A stretch of 64,000 nt of DNA, taken from contig CAVNZM010000018.1 of assembly GCA_963693365.1 (NCBI GenBank), positions 1 through 64,000 of the forward strand, given 5' to 3'. This DNA is from Amoebidium appalachense (lineage: Eukaryota > Protista > Ichthyosporea). The translations under genes and the position numbers were made by a program. The notes beneath the pieces were generated by a model. The model worked only from the letters and a program-made list of their open reading frames with translations, was not told where the DNA came from and did not search any database. Numbering within the stretch: the first letter of the stretch is position 1; each line of letters begins with the position of its first letter. Positions 44,258-56,158 of the stretch are shown piece after piece.

Positions 44258-46186
44258 ATGTCGGAGAAACCTGCGTATCTCAACCTCACCCCCTGGAAAG
44301 GGGATGACACCACGGACAAGAAGTCCGGCAAACGTCTCACCTATTATGAGTGGGAACCCGTCATCTTCCGGTACCTACGTACCACCACCGCGGCCAAGTT
44401 AGTGCCCGTCATCAAGGCCCCCGAGTGGGTCGACCCTTCCGACGAGAATGAGTGGCACGGCTACGACACTGAGGAGGCCTACACCGAGGCTTCCAACCTC
44501 CTTGAACAGATGTTTACTCAACTCGTCTCCAATGATGAGCTGTATAACTCTGGTCAAATCCACGATGATGTGTCACCTGCCCAAGCTTTCCACAACCTCC
44601 GTATGACCTATGCGGCTGAACGTGAAGATCGTGCTCGTCAAATCCTCCTCGACTACCATGAGCTTGAACTCAAAGACTTCAAGACCGTCACGGCCTACCT
44701 CACCATGGCACGCCGTCTGTGCACTACCCTGCACATCCTCGAAGAGCCCATTCCTCACAAGACTATGGTTGATAACTTCTTCATCCACCTCAAGAAGAAC
44801 CGTAAGTTAGTTTGTACTGACATCCAGGCCATGATTGCCGACTACTTCCGTCGTACCATTAACTACGAGACCTACAACCGTCTAATCAGTGACATCAGAG
44901 CTGCAGAGATCCGTGAAGGTCTCATCGACTCTGGGTCCGGGTCCTCCTCCACCGTCCGAACAGCACGTGCCCTGCAAAGCCGTGTACTCACCAAGGACGA
45001 CCTCAGACACCGGATCCCCCGACGTGACAGCTCCGTCTCCCGTCACCCCCGCGGTCGTCCCACCGATCGATCCCCCTCAGTTGACCGTGATTACTCACGG
45101 TCCCGTTCCCCCGGCTATCGTTCCCGGTCACCCTACCCCCAACGTAAAGGGGGTAACCGTCATTCCCAGCCACCCCGAGCCAAGACCACTGGCTCCCTCG
45201 ACTGTGCCTACTGTCACGAAGACCATCATGTCACACAGTGTGACAAACCTGGCTGCTCAATTGCCCGTCGTCACCGTGCCAACACCAAGTCTGGAAAAGA
45301 GGTGCATTTTGCCCTCGTGTCCACCACGGCCTCCCTACCCATGGACCCCTGCTGGGACTCGGCTTCAAACGTCCACGTGTGCCCAGTAAAAGAGTACTTC
45401 TCTACTCTTGAGCCATGCCCCCCGACTGACGTCCACGGCCTCGGCATCGTCACTGCACATCACCGTGGTGTCATCAACCTGGCCGTCACCTACAACGGAG
45501 TAACATCAGTACTGAGCCTCAACACCCTCTATGTACCCGACTCCCCAGCCTTCCTGATATCACCCTCAATGGCCTCCAAGTCGGGTCTCCTTGCCCACCT
45601 CGATGATGAGGATGCATTCCCATCATACCTCTACACTCGTGGTGGCAACATCGTGTGTTCCCTCACAGGCACAGATGGACTGTACTTCATCACTGACTAT
45701 GAGATACGTCCCTCCATCCCTCGGACCGTCACTGCTCTGGTAGCCAACGTCAAGGTCAACAATGATCCTCAGCTCTGGCACCACCGTCTCGGCCATCGTG
45801 CCCTGTCCACCCTCACCAAGATGGTGAGAGGTGACCTCGTGACAGGCCTCCCCTCATCCCTCTCAGTGGCTGACACCACTGACTGCTTCGGTTGTGTCTC
45901 CGGCAAGACCACCAAGGCCCCATTCTCCGGCACCAGAACCCAGTGCCCCTTCCCCGGTGCCAAGTGGCACATGGACTTCTTCGAGCCTCCCTGTGCCTCC
46001 TATGGTGGCTACAAGGTGGCCCTCGTGTGTACCTGTGATGCCTCCGGCTACACCATCGTGTACCTCCTCCGTGATCGATCCGAAACTCTCGAATACGTCA
46101 AGGCCCTGGTTGAGACTACTGACAAGCAACCCGACAAGGTGGTGACCCACTTCCGTTCAGACTCTGGGTCCGAGTTCACCTCCTGA
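44258..46186 (+). pseudogene. Ty1/Copia gag-protease-integrase polyprotein, truncated inside the integrase core
   Basis: Zn knuckle CAYCHEDHHVTQC, protease WDSASNVH, HHCC LWHHRLGH...CFGC, integrase KWHMDF...FRSDSGSEFTS; PR-IN order indicates Copia; no RT or 3' LTR follows. Confidence 0.93.
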
Positions 46187-49100
46187 CTGCCGGTGTGGGC
46201 TGCCTGCTGGGGCTGCAGCCTGTGGCTGCTGCTGCTCGCTTGGTGGCTCCTGTTTGTGCCGTCGGCTGGGTGGCCCGCGCTGGGCCGGCCGGCCGGGGCT
46301 GCAATCTGCTGCTGCAGGCAGCCACTGCAGTGTGGGTGTGGTCGTTTGCTGCTGGCTGGGTGACCCTGGCAGGGCCTGCAGGCTGGGTGGCCCTTGCTGT
46401 GGCTGCCGGTGTGGGCTGCCCGCTGAGGCTGCAGCCTGAGGCTGCTGCTGCTGACTGGGTGGCTCCTGTTGGTGCTGTCGGCTGGGTGGCCCATGCTGGG
46501 CCTGCCGGCCGGAACTGCCCGTCGCTGCTGCAGGCGGCTGCTGCGGTGTGGGTGTGGTCGGTTGTTGCTGGTTGGGTGGCCCTGGCAGGGCCTGCAGGCT
46601 GGGTGGCCCCTGCTGTGGCTGCCGTTGTGGGCTGCTTGTTGGGACTACAGCCTGAATCTGCTGCTGCCAGCTGGGTGCCTCCTGCTGGTGCTGTCGGCTG
46701 GGTGACCCGTGCTGGGCCTGCTGGCCGGGGTTACCCTCCGCTTCTGCAGGCAGCTGCTGCAGTGTGGGTGTGGTCGGTTGTTGCCGGCCAGGTGGCCCTG
46801 GCAGGGCCTGCAGGCTGGGTGGCCCCTGCTGAGGCTGCCGGTGTGGGCTGCCTGCTGGGGCTGCCGCCTGAGACTGCTGCTGCTGGTTTGGCGGCTCCTG
46901 TCGGTGCTGTCGGCTGGATGGCCCGTCCTGGGCCTGCCGGCTGGGGTTGCAGTCTGCTACCTGCTGCTGCTGCCGTGTGGGTGTGGTCGGTTGCTGCTGG
47001 CTGGGTTGTTCTGGCAGGGCCTGCAGGCTGGGTGGCCCCTGCTGTGGCTGCAGGTGTGGGCTGCCTGCTGGGTCTGCAGCCTGAGGCTGCTGTTGCTGGC
47101 GGGGTGGCTCCTGTTGGTGCTGTCGGCTGGGTGGCCCGTGCTGGGCCGGCCGGCCGGGGCTGCAGGCCGCCGCTGCAGGCAGCTGCTGCAGTGTAGGTGT
47201 GGTCGGTTGTTGCTGGCTGGGTGGCCCTGGCAGGGCCTGCAGGCTGGGTGGCCCCTGCTGTGGCTGCCGGTGAGGGCTGCCTGCTGGGGCTACAGCCTGC
47301 GGCGGCTGCTGCTGGCTTGGTGGCTCCTGTTGGTACTGTCGGCTGGGTGGCCCGTGCTGGGCCGGCCGGCCGGGGCTGCAATCTGCTACTGTAGGCCGCC
47401 GCTGCATTGTGGGTGTGGTCGGTTGCTGCTGGCTGGGTGACCCTGGCAGGGCCTGCAGGCTGGGTGGCCCCTGCTGTGGCTGCCGGTGTGGGCTGCCTGC
47501 TGGGGCTACAGCCTGAGGCTGCTGCTGCTGGCTGGGTGGCTCCTGTTGGTTGGGTGGCCCGTGCTGGGCCTGCCGGCCGGGGCTGCACGCTGCTGCTGCA
47601 GGCGGCTGCTGCAGTGTGGGTGTGGTCGGTTGTTGCTGGCTGGGTGGCCCTGGCAGGGCCTGCAGGCTGGGTGGCCCCTGCTGAGGCTGCCGGTGTGGGC
47701 TGCCTGCTGGGGCTGCCGCCTGAGGCTGCTGCTGCTGGTTTGGCGGCTCCTGTCGGTGCTGTCGGCTGGATGGCCCGTCTTGGGCCTGCCGGCTGGGGTT
47801 GCAGTCTGCTACCTGCTGCTGCTGCCGTGTGGGTGTGGTCGGTTGCTGCTGGCTGGGTTGTTCTGGCAGGGCCTGCAGGCTGGGTGGCCCCTGCTGTGGC
47901 TGCAGGTGTGGGCTGCCTGCTGGGTCTGCAGCCTGAGGCTGCTGTTGCTGGCGGGGTGGCTCCTGTTGGTGCTGTCGGCTGGGTGGCCCGTGCTGGGCCT
48001 GCCGGCCGGGGCTGCACGCCGCCGCTGCAGGCAGCTGCTGCAGTGTAGGTGTGGTCGGTTGGTGCTGGCTGGGTGGCCCTGGCAGGGCCTGCAGGCTGGG
48101 TGGCCCCTGCTGTGGCTGCCGGTGAGGGCTGCCTGCTGGGGCTACAGCCTGCGGCGGCTGCTGCTGGCTTGGTGGCTCCTGTTTGTACTGTCGGCTGGGT
48201 GGCCCGTGCTGGGCCGGCCGGCCGGGGCTGCAATCTGCTGCTGCAGGCAGCTGCTGCAGTGTAGATGTGATCGGTTGCTGCTGGCTGGGTGGCCCATGCA
48301 GGGCCTTCAGGCTGGGTGGCCCCTGTTGTGGGCTGCTGGCGGGGGCTGCAGCCTGAGGCTGCTGTTGCTGGCTTGGTGGCTCCTGTTGGTGCTGGCGACT
48401 GGGTGGCCCATGCTGGTCCTGCCGGCCGGGGCTGTCTGCTGGGGCAGCGGCAGGCCGATGCAGCAAAGTGGGTGTGGGTTGGTGCTGCTGGGTGGGGCTG
48501 CAATCTGCTGCTGCAGGCAGTTGCTGCCGGGTGGGTGTGGTTTGTTGCTGCTGGCCGGGTGGCCCATGCAGGCCCTGCAGGCTGGGTGGCCCCTGCGGTG
48601 GCTGCCGGTGTGGGCTGCCTGCTAGGGCTGCAACCTGAGGCTCCTGCTGCTGGCGTGGTGGCTCCTGTTGGTACTGTCGGCTGGGTGGGCCGTGCTGGGC
48701 CGGCCGGCCGGGGCTGCAAACTGCTGCTGCAGGCAGCTGCTGCAGTGTGGGTGGGGTCGGTTGCTGCTGGTTGGGTTGCTCTGGCAGGGCCTGCAGGCTG
48801 GGTGGCCCCTGCTGTGGCTGCCGGTGTGGGCTGCCGGCAGGGTCTGCAGCCTGTGGCTGCTGCTGCTGGCTTGGTGGCTCCTGTTCGTGCTGTCGGCTGG
48901 GTGGCCCGTGCTGGGCCGTCCGGCCGGGGCTGCAATCTGCTGCCGCAGGCAGCTGGTGCAGTGTGGGTGTGGTCGGTTGCTGCTGGCTGGGTGGCCCAGG
49001 CGGGGCCTGCAGGGTGGGTGGCCCCTGCTGTGACTGCCGGTGTGGGCTGCCTGCTGGGGCTGCAGCCTTTGGCTGCTGCTGCTGGCTTGGTGGCTCCTGT

Positions 49101-49850
49101 TTGTGCTGTCGGCTGGGTGGCTCGTGTTGGGCCGGCCGGCCGGAGCTGCAATCTGCTACTGTAGGCCGCCGCTGCATTGTGGGTGTGGTCGGTTGCTGCT
49201 GGCTGGGTGACCCTGGCAGGGCCTGCAGGCTGAGTGGCCCCTGCTGTGGCTGCCGGTGTGGGCTGCCTGCTGGGGCTTCAGCCTGAGGCTGCTGCTGCTG
49301 GCTGGGTGGCTCCTGTTGGTTGGGTGGCCCGTGCTGGGCCTGCCGGCCGGGGCTGCACGCTGCTGCTGCAGGCGGCTGCTGCAGTGTGGGTGTGGTCGGT
49401 TGTTGCTGGCTGGGTGGCCCTGGCAGGGCCTGCAGGCTGGGTGGCCCCTGCTGTGGCTGCCGGTGTGGGCTGCCTGCTGGGGCTGCAGCCTGCGGCTGCT
49501 GCTGCTGGCTTGGTGGCTCCTGTTGGTGCTGTCGGCTGGGTGGCCCGTGCTGGGCCGGTCGGCCGGGGCTGCAATCTGCTGCTGCAGGCAGCTGCTGCAG
49601 TGTAGGTGTGATCGGTTGCTGCTGGCTAGGTGGCCCATGCAGGGCCTGCAGGCTGGGTGGCCCCTGCTGTGGCTGCCGTTGTGGGCTGCCGGCAGGGGCT
49701 TCAGCCTGAGGCTGCTGCTGCTGGCTTGGTGGCTCCTGTTGGTGCTGTCGACTGGGTGGCCCATGCTGGGCCTGCCTGTTGGGGCTGCCTGCTGGGCCAG
49801 CGGCAGGCTGGTGCAGCAAAGTGGGTGTGGGTTGGTGCTGCTGGGTGGAT
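46187..49850 (-). repeat. Coding tandem array, ~216-bp (72-aa) Q/P-rich unit, ~17 copies, inside LINE ORF2
   Basis: Unit AAAPAGSPHRQPQQGPPSLQALPGPPSQQQPTTPTLQQLPAAADCSPGRPAQHGPPSRQHQQEPPSQQQQPQ, stop-free in ORF 46157..50254; further units at 43073-43205 (minus) and 41071-~41480 (plus, inverted). Confidence 0.92.
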
Positions 49851-49899
49851 CCGGGGTCCCCCTCCTCCTGATACCACCCCGTCTGGGACGGGTGTGCCT

Positions 49900-51528
49900 G
49901 GGGGGAGGGGGGGGGCTGTCGTGGGGGGTGGGGGGGATGCCCTGGGGGTTGTTGGGGTCGGCTGTGTACAGTGGGATGATGGGACTGCTTGTTGGGGGTA
50001 CCGGTGGGGGGGGCTCCGGAGGGGGAGGGGGTGCTGGCCAGCCATATTGGACGGCCAGCTCCTTGGCCCTCTCCCAGAAACCCTGTGGATTTGCCGCCCG
50101 GTCCGTTGCATTGAGGAGCCGGTGTAGCTCCGCGTGCTCGTTGTCCTCCGGGAAGACCTTCGTCGGTTTTGACGTGGACTTTTCTGGTTTGCTCTTGGTC
50201 CGGCCCACTGTGGTTTTTGCCACCGAGAGAATGGTGGCGGCCATGTACTCCCATCTCCCTTCCACCTCCGCCTGGGTAGGGGTGGTGGTTGGGGGGGACG
50301 TGAAGGCTGCCTCCGTGCCGGTGGTAAAACGTGCCCAGTCCTCCTGTGTGGTGTTCGGTTTCAGCTGGAGTCTCGGTGTGGGTTGGTTTCGGGTTGGCCC
50401 TGGTCCCTGGCCCGGCAGGTTAGGATGGGGCCCAGTTTCGCACCAGGCCAGGTGGTGGTCGGTGTGAAGATCCGGTAATTCCGTGACGGAGGCTGAGACC
50501 AGTGCTGGGCGTAACGCCGCCGGGATGTATACGTAGTCGATGCGTGAGCGGTGGGGACCGCTGTGGTACGTATATTCCCTGGTGGTGGGGTGTTCGGCTC
50601 GGTAGCTGTCTATGAGTAGATGGGCGTCCATCAGCTCGTGGAGCAGCCCGGGCACGAGTCCTGTGGGCATTGCCTGTGCTGAACTGGGGCCGGTTTCGGG
50701 CCGTGCCCTGTCCAGAGTAGGGTGGCACACCTCGTTGAAATCCCCGGCCACGATGACAGTGGTGTCGTTGGGGGCCGGGAGGGAGGTGAGAAATCTGGCT
50801 ACCTGTGAGGTGAGTCGACGGGCCTGTCTGACGTTTCCCTGTGTTGCATTCGTGTGTTGATAAAGTCCTATCACCCACGTTGTGTGCCGTTTTGTGTGAT
50901 ATGGAATAGCTAGCATTCGTGCATTTTTGCTATGTGGTTTTCCTTGGTGTCTAAACCACGTTTCGTTTGTAAGTATCACCACCCCCGTGTAGCGGAATCG
51001 TGTTTCCTCCTGGGCTACTGACGGTGTGGTTTGGTCATTGGACGAGCTCTCTGCCACCGGGATACCGGCCTCTGAGGCAGAGAGTGTTGTGTGTGTGTGT
51101 CCAGTGGTGGTGGCTGGTGGGCATACATACGTGGCACGCATGGGGATACCTTCGTTTCGAATGGAAAACTTTGTGCGTGTGAAGGAGCCCGGGGTGGTCC
51201 CGGTCTCCGTCAGAATGACTACGTCCATGTCTGCAAAGGCAGCCCACCTGGCTGCCTCGACGATCTTGTCCTGGCCGGTACGAGTGGTAGGTCCGGCCAG
51301 GTTTAAAGTTCCAATCCGAAGGTGGCTGTGTGGTTTGGCTGGTGGTAAATTTGCGTGGTTGATGGGCGAGACTAGCTCCCCTTCAAGTGCCTCCAGGGCT
51401 GTGTTCTGGTGGATCATGTCTGTGGCCTCTGGACCCGGACTTTGCGCCGTGCCGAGTGTTTGTGTGGTGTCGGGCGCTACCCCCTTTGCCGGCGCCGGGT
51501 GTCCGGGCGGGGGGGATGGGGTCGGCAT
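49900..51528 (-). CDS. LINE ORF2 N-terminal apurinic-type endonuclease (APE)
   Basis: LRIGTLNLAG, DVVILTET, IVAGDFNE, LIDSYR, YTY, SRIDYVY, TDH motifs; ATG 60 nt downstream of the ORF1 stop. Confidence 0.92.
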
Positions 51529-51588
51529 TATGCCTGCCCGTCCCCATGCGATGGGGGACGGGCACCTTGGTCAGTTCCCCGTGTCGAG

Positions 51589-51888
51589 TTAACCGAGGAC
51601 CTGTGTGGTGTGGATGGGCGTGTGGGCTGTGTGGGTTGGCGTTGTGAGGGGGCCCCTGGGGGCCCCCGCCTTGGTTGGGGGGGCGCCGCAGTTGGGGTGT
51701 TGTGCCTCTGTGGGCCTCAATGGCTCGGTGGCTTGGGGGTCTCGGGTCTCTGGGGTAGAGTGCTCTCCCCCCCTCCCCCCTCCCCCCCCCCCTAGCTGTT
51801 GGAATACGTCACCATGTATGACAGCAAGAGCCTTGAAGTATGTATGTGTCTTAGCTTGTTTGTATTCGTGTCTGCTTTCCCTCTTTGT

Positions 51889-51976
<88 letters not shown>

Positions 51977-54900
51977 CCCCTCTCTCTCTCTCCCCCCCCC
52001 CCCCCCCCCCCCCCCCCCGTATCTCTCTCTCCCTTGTTTCTGTGGGCACAGATATCTGTAGATCTGTGCACACCTGGCTCTCTTGCCTGATAAGAACTTA
52101 TTGTGTTTTTATTTCTGTTTGCTCTCCTCTGTTTATCTGAGAGGTAGCGTGATTGGCTAGCCTCACTCGTTGTCTTTCCTTTATTTCAAAATGGCCTAGT
52201 TTTGTTCTCAAAAGGATGGCTCGCCAATAGTCGCGAGCGAGTACATCTGTAGATTGTGAGGTGCATTCCTGTCTGTTAATATATGTGTGTTGTGATTGGA
52301 CAATAGATATATATGGAATTCGGTTTATTGCAAAGTGTCTTCACTTTGAGAGTGTCGACTATTGGGAAATATATGTATTTAAATAAGTTTCTTTATAGAG
52401 ACGAACATAAATATATATGTGAGTTAATAGTGACTAGATGTATAATTACTTAATTTATTTAAGTAAGAGTTTCTACACTTTAGTTTAATCGGAAGTTGGA
52501 ATGCGTATGCTCTGTCGGAATGTGTTTTTCTATCTTCTGATAGAACCGATTGGTTCTCCCTCTTTAGTTGTGATAAGGTGATAAGTCGCAAGTACAAAAG
52601 GAACCGAGAGCACAATAAAGATTCAGTTGTTGTTTGAAATCTTTCAATGTCTCGTGAACAACTCCGATTGCCCTCTCATTAATGTGTTAGTCGTGTTTTA
52701 CATGACACCTCTGTGCACTCTGCTCCCTTATACCTGTCCCAACAACAGGTTAAAGGCCCATTTTCGCACCCTCTCGCAACACATCTAGACCTAGCAATCG
52801 TTAAATTCCTGGTACACATCATAGCTGTGGTCAGCTCCTCATGCACCTCATCTAATGGTCACTTGCGTGTTAACGTTGAGTGCCCATTCCGTGAATTGAC
52901 GCCGCCCCCCCTTCCTCTTGGTGCTGAGGCCGTGTACATCTCTCCCTGGCGTCCCCTAAACCCGTCTGTGCTTTTCTGCACATTCCGTCTCTGGCACTTC
53001 CCGCCGTCATCTAGCCCTCTCGGCTCCTCCCGCGACCGGCCGTAACCGGTCCTCCGTCACTCCCCTTGACAAGATCTGACTCATCTTGACAAGAGCTTCT
53101 GTCATGCCTTGACAATCGTGCCATCCTTGCAAGTTTCAGCTTGCCCTCCTTCCAGTTCCGTCCTGGTTCCTCTCCGTCACGTCAAACCTTCCTCCACCCT
53201 TGGTTCTGCCGTCGCGCTCCAAGTTCTTCTTTGACACTTCATGACGTGTCCCCCTGTCCCGACGTGGTCTCAACCGCGCCGCCCTGTCTGCCCCAGAGGC
53301 TCCCATTCCATAACATCGAAATCCCAATCACTCGTCAAATTTCAAACCCCGGCTCCATTCCGATCGACGATCATTTGACACCCCGTCTCGATCCGACTTG
53401 ACTATCCTCCCTCAAGTCCATCTGAAGTACCCAAATTCGGTACTTCTTTCCAGTCTCCCGTGTTCAACACAGTCCAAGCACTTTGTGCTTTCCTACTCCA
53501 TAGGAGCCCCGGCCCCGAGTCCCTGCCAGAACCGTTTACCATGTCGTCCAACATGCTCCCTTCCAGGATTTCCAACCCTGTTCCCACCACCGTGCCGTCA
53601 CTGTCGCCGGACCCCCTGGCTGGCCAACTGTAGTTCGAGCCGGTTTACTCGAGCCGTCAGGTCCGCCACGGGGTCCCCTGTGGGCGACACCGGCGGAGGT
53701 GGGGACGGGGCCTGGTAGGGCTGGTGCGACGGCGCGGAGGCCAATGATTGGTCGTCTTCGTCTGGGGCCTCGAGTGGTGGTGTGTTGTCTGTGGGATGTG
53801 TGCTCTGCCCTAGCCGCGGGTGGTCGAGGAGCACGGTCGCCCTGTCCACGGTGGTGAGGCGGGCACGTACTGTGTATTCGCGGGGGCTTGGTGCCCCGGT
53901 ATTAAACGACAGAAGTATTCCCTCCGGGTGGTCCCGGAGGTATGGGTAGTCCGTGTGGCTTACGGGGATGGGCATGGTGATGAAGTGGTGCCCTGTGACC
54001 CTACACTTATTCACCTCTGGGGCTCTGCCGGCTCTACCCTCCCGGGTGGCCCCCTCCCCGGGGGGGCCAAGGCCGGAGTACGTGAGTGCCTGGCGGAGTG
54101 CCTGGACGTGTACATAGTCCCGCCACTCAATCACGGTGGCGAAGAAAGAGTCGTCAGGTGGGTCTAGACTACTCAAGCCCACCAACACGATAATACCCGG
54201 TGCGAAAAGGGGTTTCCGTTGGCATTTATATGCGGGGTGGCCCAGTTCCCCACAGTTACCGCAGTTTCGGCGGCGTTGCAGGCATGTGGCGATGGGGTTA
54301 CTGGGGTTTCCGTGTACGTGTAACGGCCGGTTACAGTACGGACAGCTGGTGCGGTTTTTGGGGCACTCATCCGGTTCGTGCCCCACCTCCCGACAGGTTA
54401 GGCACTGAACAAACGGGCACTCTGTGTCTGTTAGTTTGTGGGATTGCTCCCAACACAACCCACACATGTGAGACTGTGGGATGGGGATTAGCAACAGAAC
54501 TGCCTCTGACTCCTCCCCCCCCCCCTCCTGTGTCGGAAAGGGTCGGGCCTGGGGCCACTCGGGAGGGGTGTCCACCACACGGGGGGTGGGGTTGGTGTTC
54601 TCATAGAGGCGATGATCGTACCCCTCGAGATGGGGGGGGCGTGTGTCCTCGTTTAAGCCGGGTGTGGTGATAGCCCAGGCCCGGTGCCTGTGCATTGCAG
54701 GGGCCGCCGTCATGTATGTTTCCTCCACTAGAGAGGTCCGGTTGACCCTAAAGTGTTCTCGGAGATTTATTATGCGTTTCCTATGGTGTTCGTCGTCCGG
54801 AAAAACCACCTCATAATTACCCTCATACGCCCAGTGCTCCCTGGCGATACGGAAGTTGGGGTTTGGGGGGAGCCAGGTTACGGTCACTGGGTGAAGGTCT

Positions 54901-55526
54901 ATGGCATATAGCACGGTTGCCACGTCACTTGCTCGTCCTATCCTCGGAAAATTGCACGTTTCTACCGTTCTATTCGGGATTAGGACCATGTACCGTGTGG
55001 GGTTCGGGCGGATGGAGGGGTGGGGTGGGGGGGCAGGTAAAATGCCCTCCCCCACCAGTGCTGTGACTAGTGCCTCCCACTCTGCTTCTGTGCCTACCAT
55101 GATCTCTATGCCCCGTTGGTTTCGGTTGTGCACCAGCTGGTACCTGTTTGCTAGGTTCTGGGTGCTGACGAAGTCATACACCCGAGCCAACCAGCCCGCT
55201 TCAGAATGTCCGTCGTCTGCTGGCAGGGGACACAGTATGGAAAGGGTGGGGGCGTTAGTTTTACCTGGTATGGCATAGTCCGTCCTGCGTGAGGTAGACC
55301 TCTCCATCTCCTCTGTTTCCTCCTTTCCTCTTTTGCCCGACAAGCGCTCGTTTCCTCCAGAGCCCGGGGGATGATGAGGGTTCGCTCCCACCCCCATGCT
55401 TTCCCCCATCGGTTGTGTGGTTTCTACCGACTCGGTTGCCCTATCCGTGTGATTGGGTGTGGGTGGGTTTAAGGTGGATATTGCAGTGAGGGACGTGTCC
55501 CCGTCTAGCTCCATGTGGTTTTCCAT
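51589..55526 (-). CDS. LINE ORF1 (gag-like, multiple Zn knuckles), interrupted by Copia fragment 2
   Basis: CGLCWEQSHKLTDTEC, CLTCREVGHEPDEC, CGNCGELGHPAYKC. Joining 55526-53601 to 51795-51589 restores ...GVRRQ|LGGG...QVLG* in frame (~710 aa). Confidence 0.85.
51797..52747 (+). mobile_element. Copia 5' LTR (copy 2)
   Basis: TGTTG...CAACA; same PBS-like ggttaaaggcccattttcgcac at 52748; differs from copy 1 in (CT)n length, a handful of substitutions and the subterminal 3' bases. Confidence 0.93.
52748..53600 (+). mobile_element. Non-coding internal region of a probable non-autonomous Copia derivative, 3'-truncated
   Basis: Shares the PBS and ~30 nt with copy 1, then diverges; no gag/pol motifs; ends abruptly at LINE ORF1. 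Confidence 0.7.
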
Positions 55527-56158
55527 GGTAGGGGTGGGTGCAGCTATGTTTTGGGTAGCGTTTATTTGCTAGATGGTTGTTGACTTTGTGTGTGCGAAAA
55601 GGGTGAGTGCAGGATGCTGGTATCTGTGGATACGGCTACTCTGTGCGCGTTCTACTCTGCTACTGTGTGTGTGAATTCTGTGCCGTTAATGTTTTTCCCC
55701 CCAGACAAAGGTCACTACCACTGAAAGAGGAAACGTTGGTTTTGTGTCAAGTGCAGGGGAAAAAAAAAAGGGGGGGCTCCTTTCCGGCGCGTAACTCCCG
55801 TGCCCGCCGGCCTACGGGGACGGCTTTTAGTGTCCCCTGTAGCTAACGTGTACCTCTATCCGCTTGAGTTTTTCTGGGCCCGGCTGTTAGGTGTGCTAGG
55901 AGTTCTCCGTTGGACTAGAGGAGCTAGAAAACACGTTTTCACGTGTTTCCGACCAGTTTTCGTGGCGACCTGTGCTACTTAAATTTTAACCTGACAAAAA
56001 TGCGCGGAATGTCTACTCTGATTGGTCATCTCTATGGGTTCTGGTGCGGTCTAATGTGCCTATTGGTTGACTTAATGCGGAATTTGCAGAATCGTGCAGC
56101 CTAATCACCGATTACATGTGGTTTTGATGTGATCGGGAGCCGGACATGGTGCGACTGA

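Larger units (their letters stand above)
37637..56158 (-). mobile_element. Full-length composite non-LTR retrotransposon (L1/Tx1-like organisation with RNase H), with an internal inversion and two Copia fragments
   Basis: 16-bp TSD tctgagtcttaataat at 37621-37636 and 56159-56174; A-rich tail (T-rich on plus, ~37636-37656); ORF1, APE, RT, RNase H and CCHC in LINE order once the inversion is undone. Confidence 0.92.

Noticed and set aside
46195-50467. Plus-strand W/L/A/G-rich ORFs over the array
   Set aside because: Antisense shadows of the CAG-rich coding repeat.
43206-52747. A single LTR retrotransposon bounded by the two LTRs
   Set aside because: Both LTRs are followed by a PBS, no PPT precedes the second, the flanks share no TSD, and most of the intervening DNA is LINE ORF2.
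43206-53600. Copia inserts acting as perfectly removable introns of the LINE transcript (minus-strand GT...CAACAG)
   Set aside because: Splicing at the junction GT/AG would remove one extra nucleotide and shift the frame in both cases.
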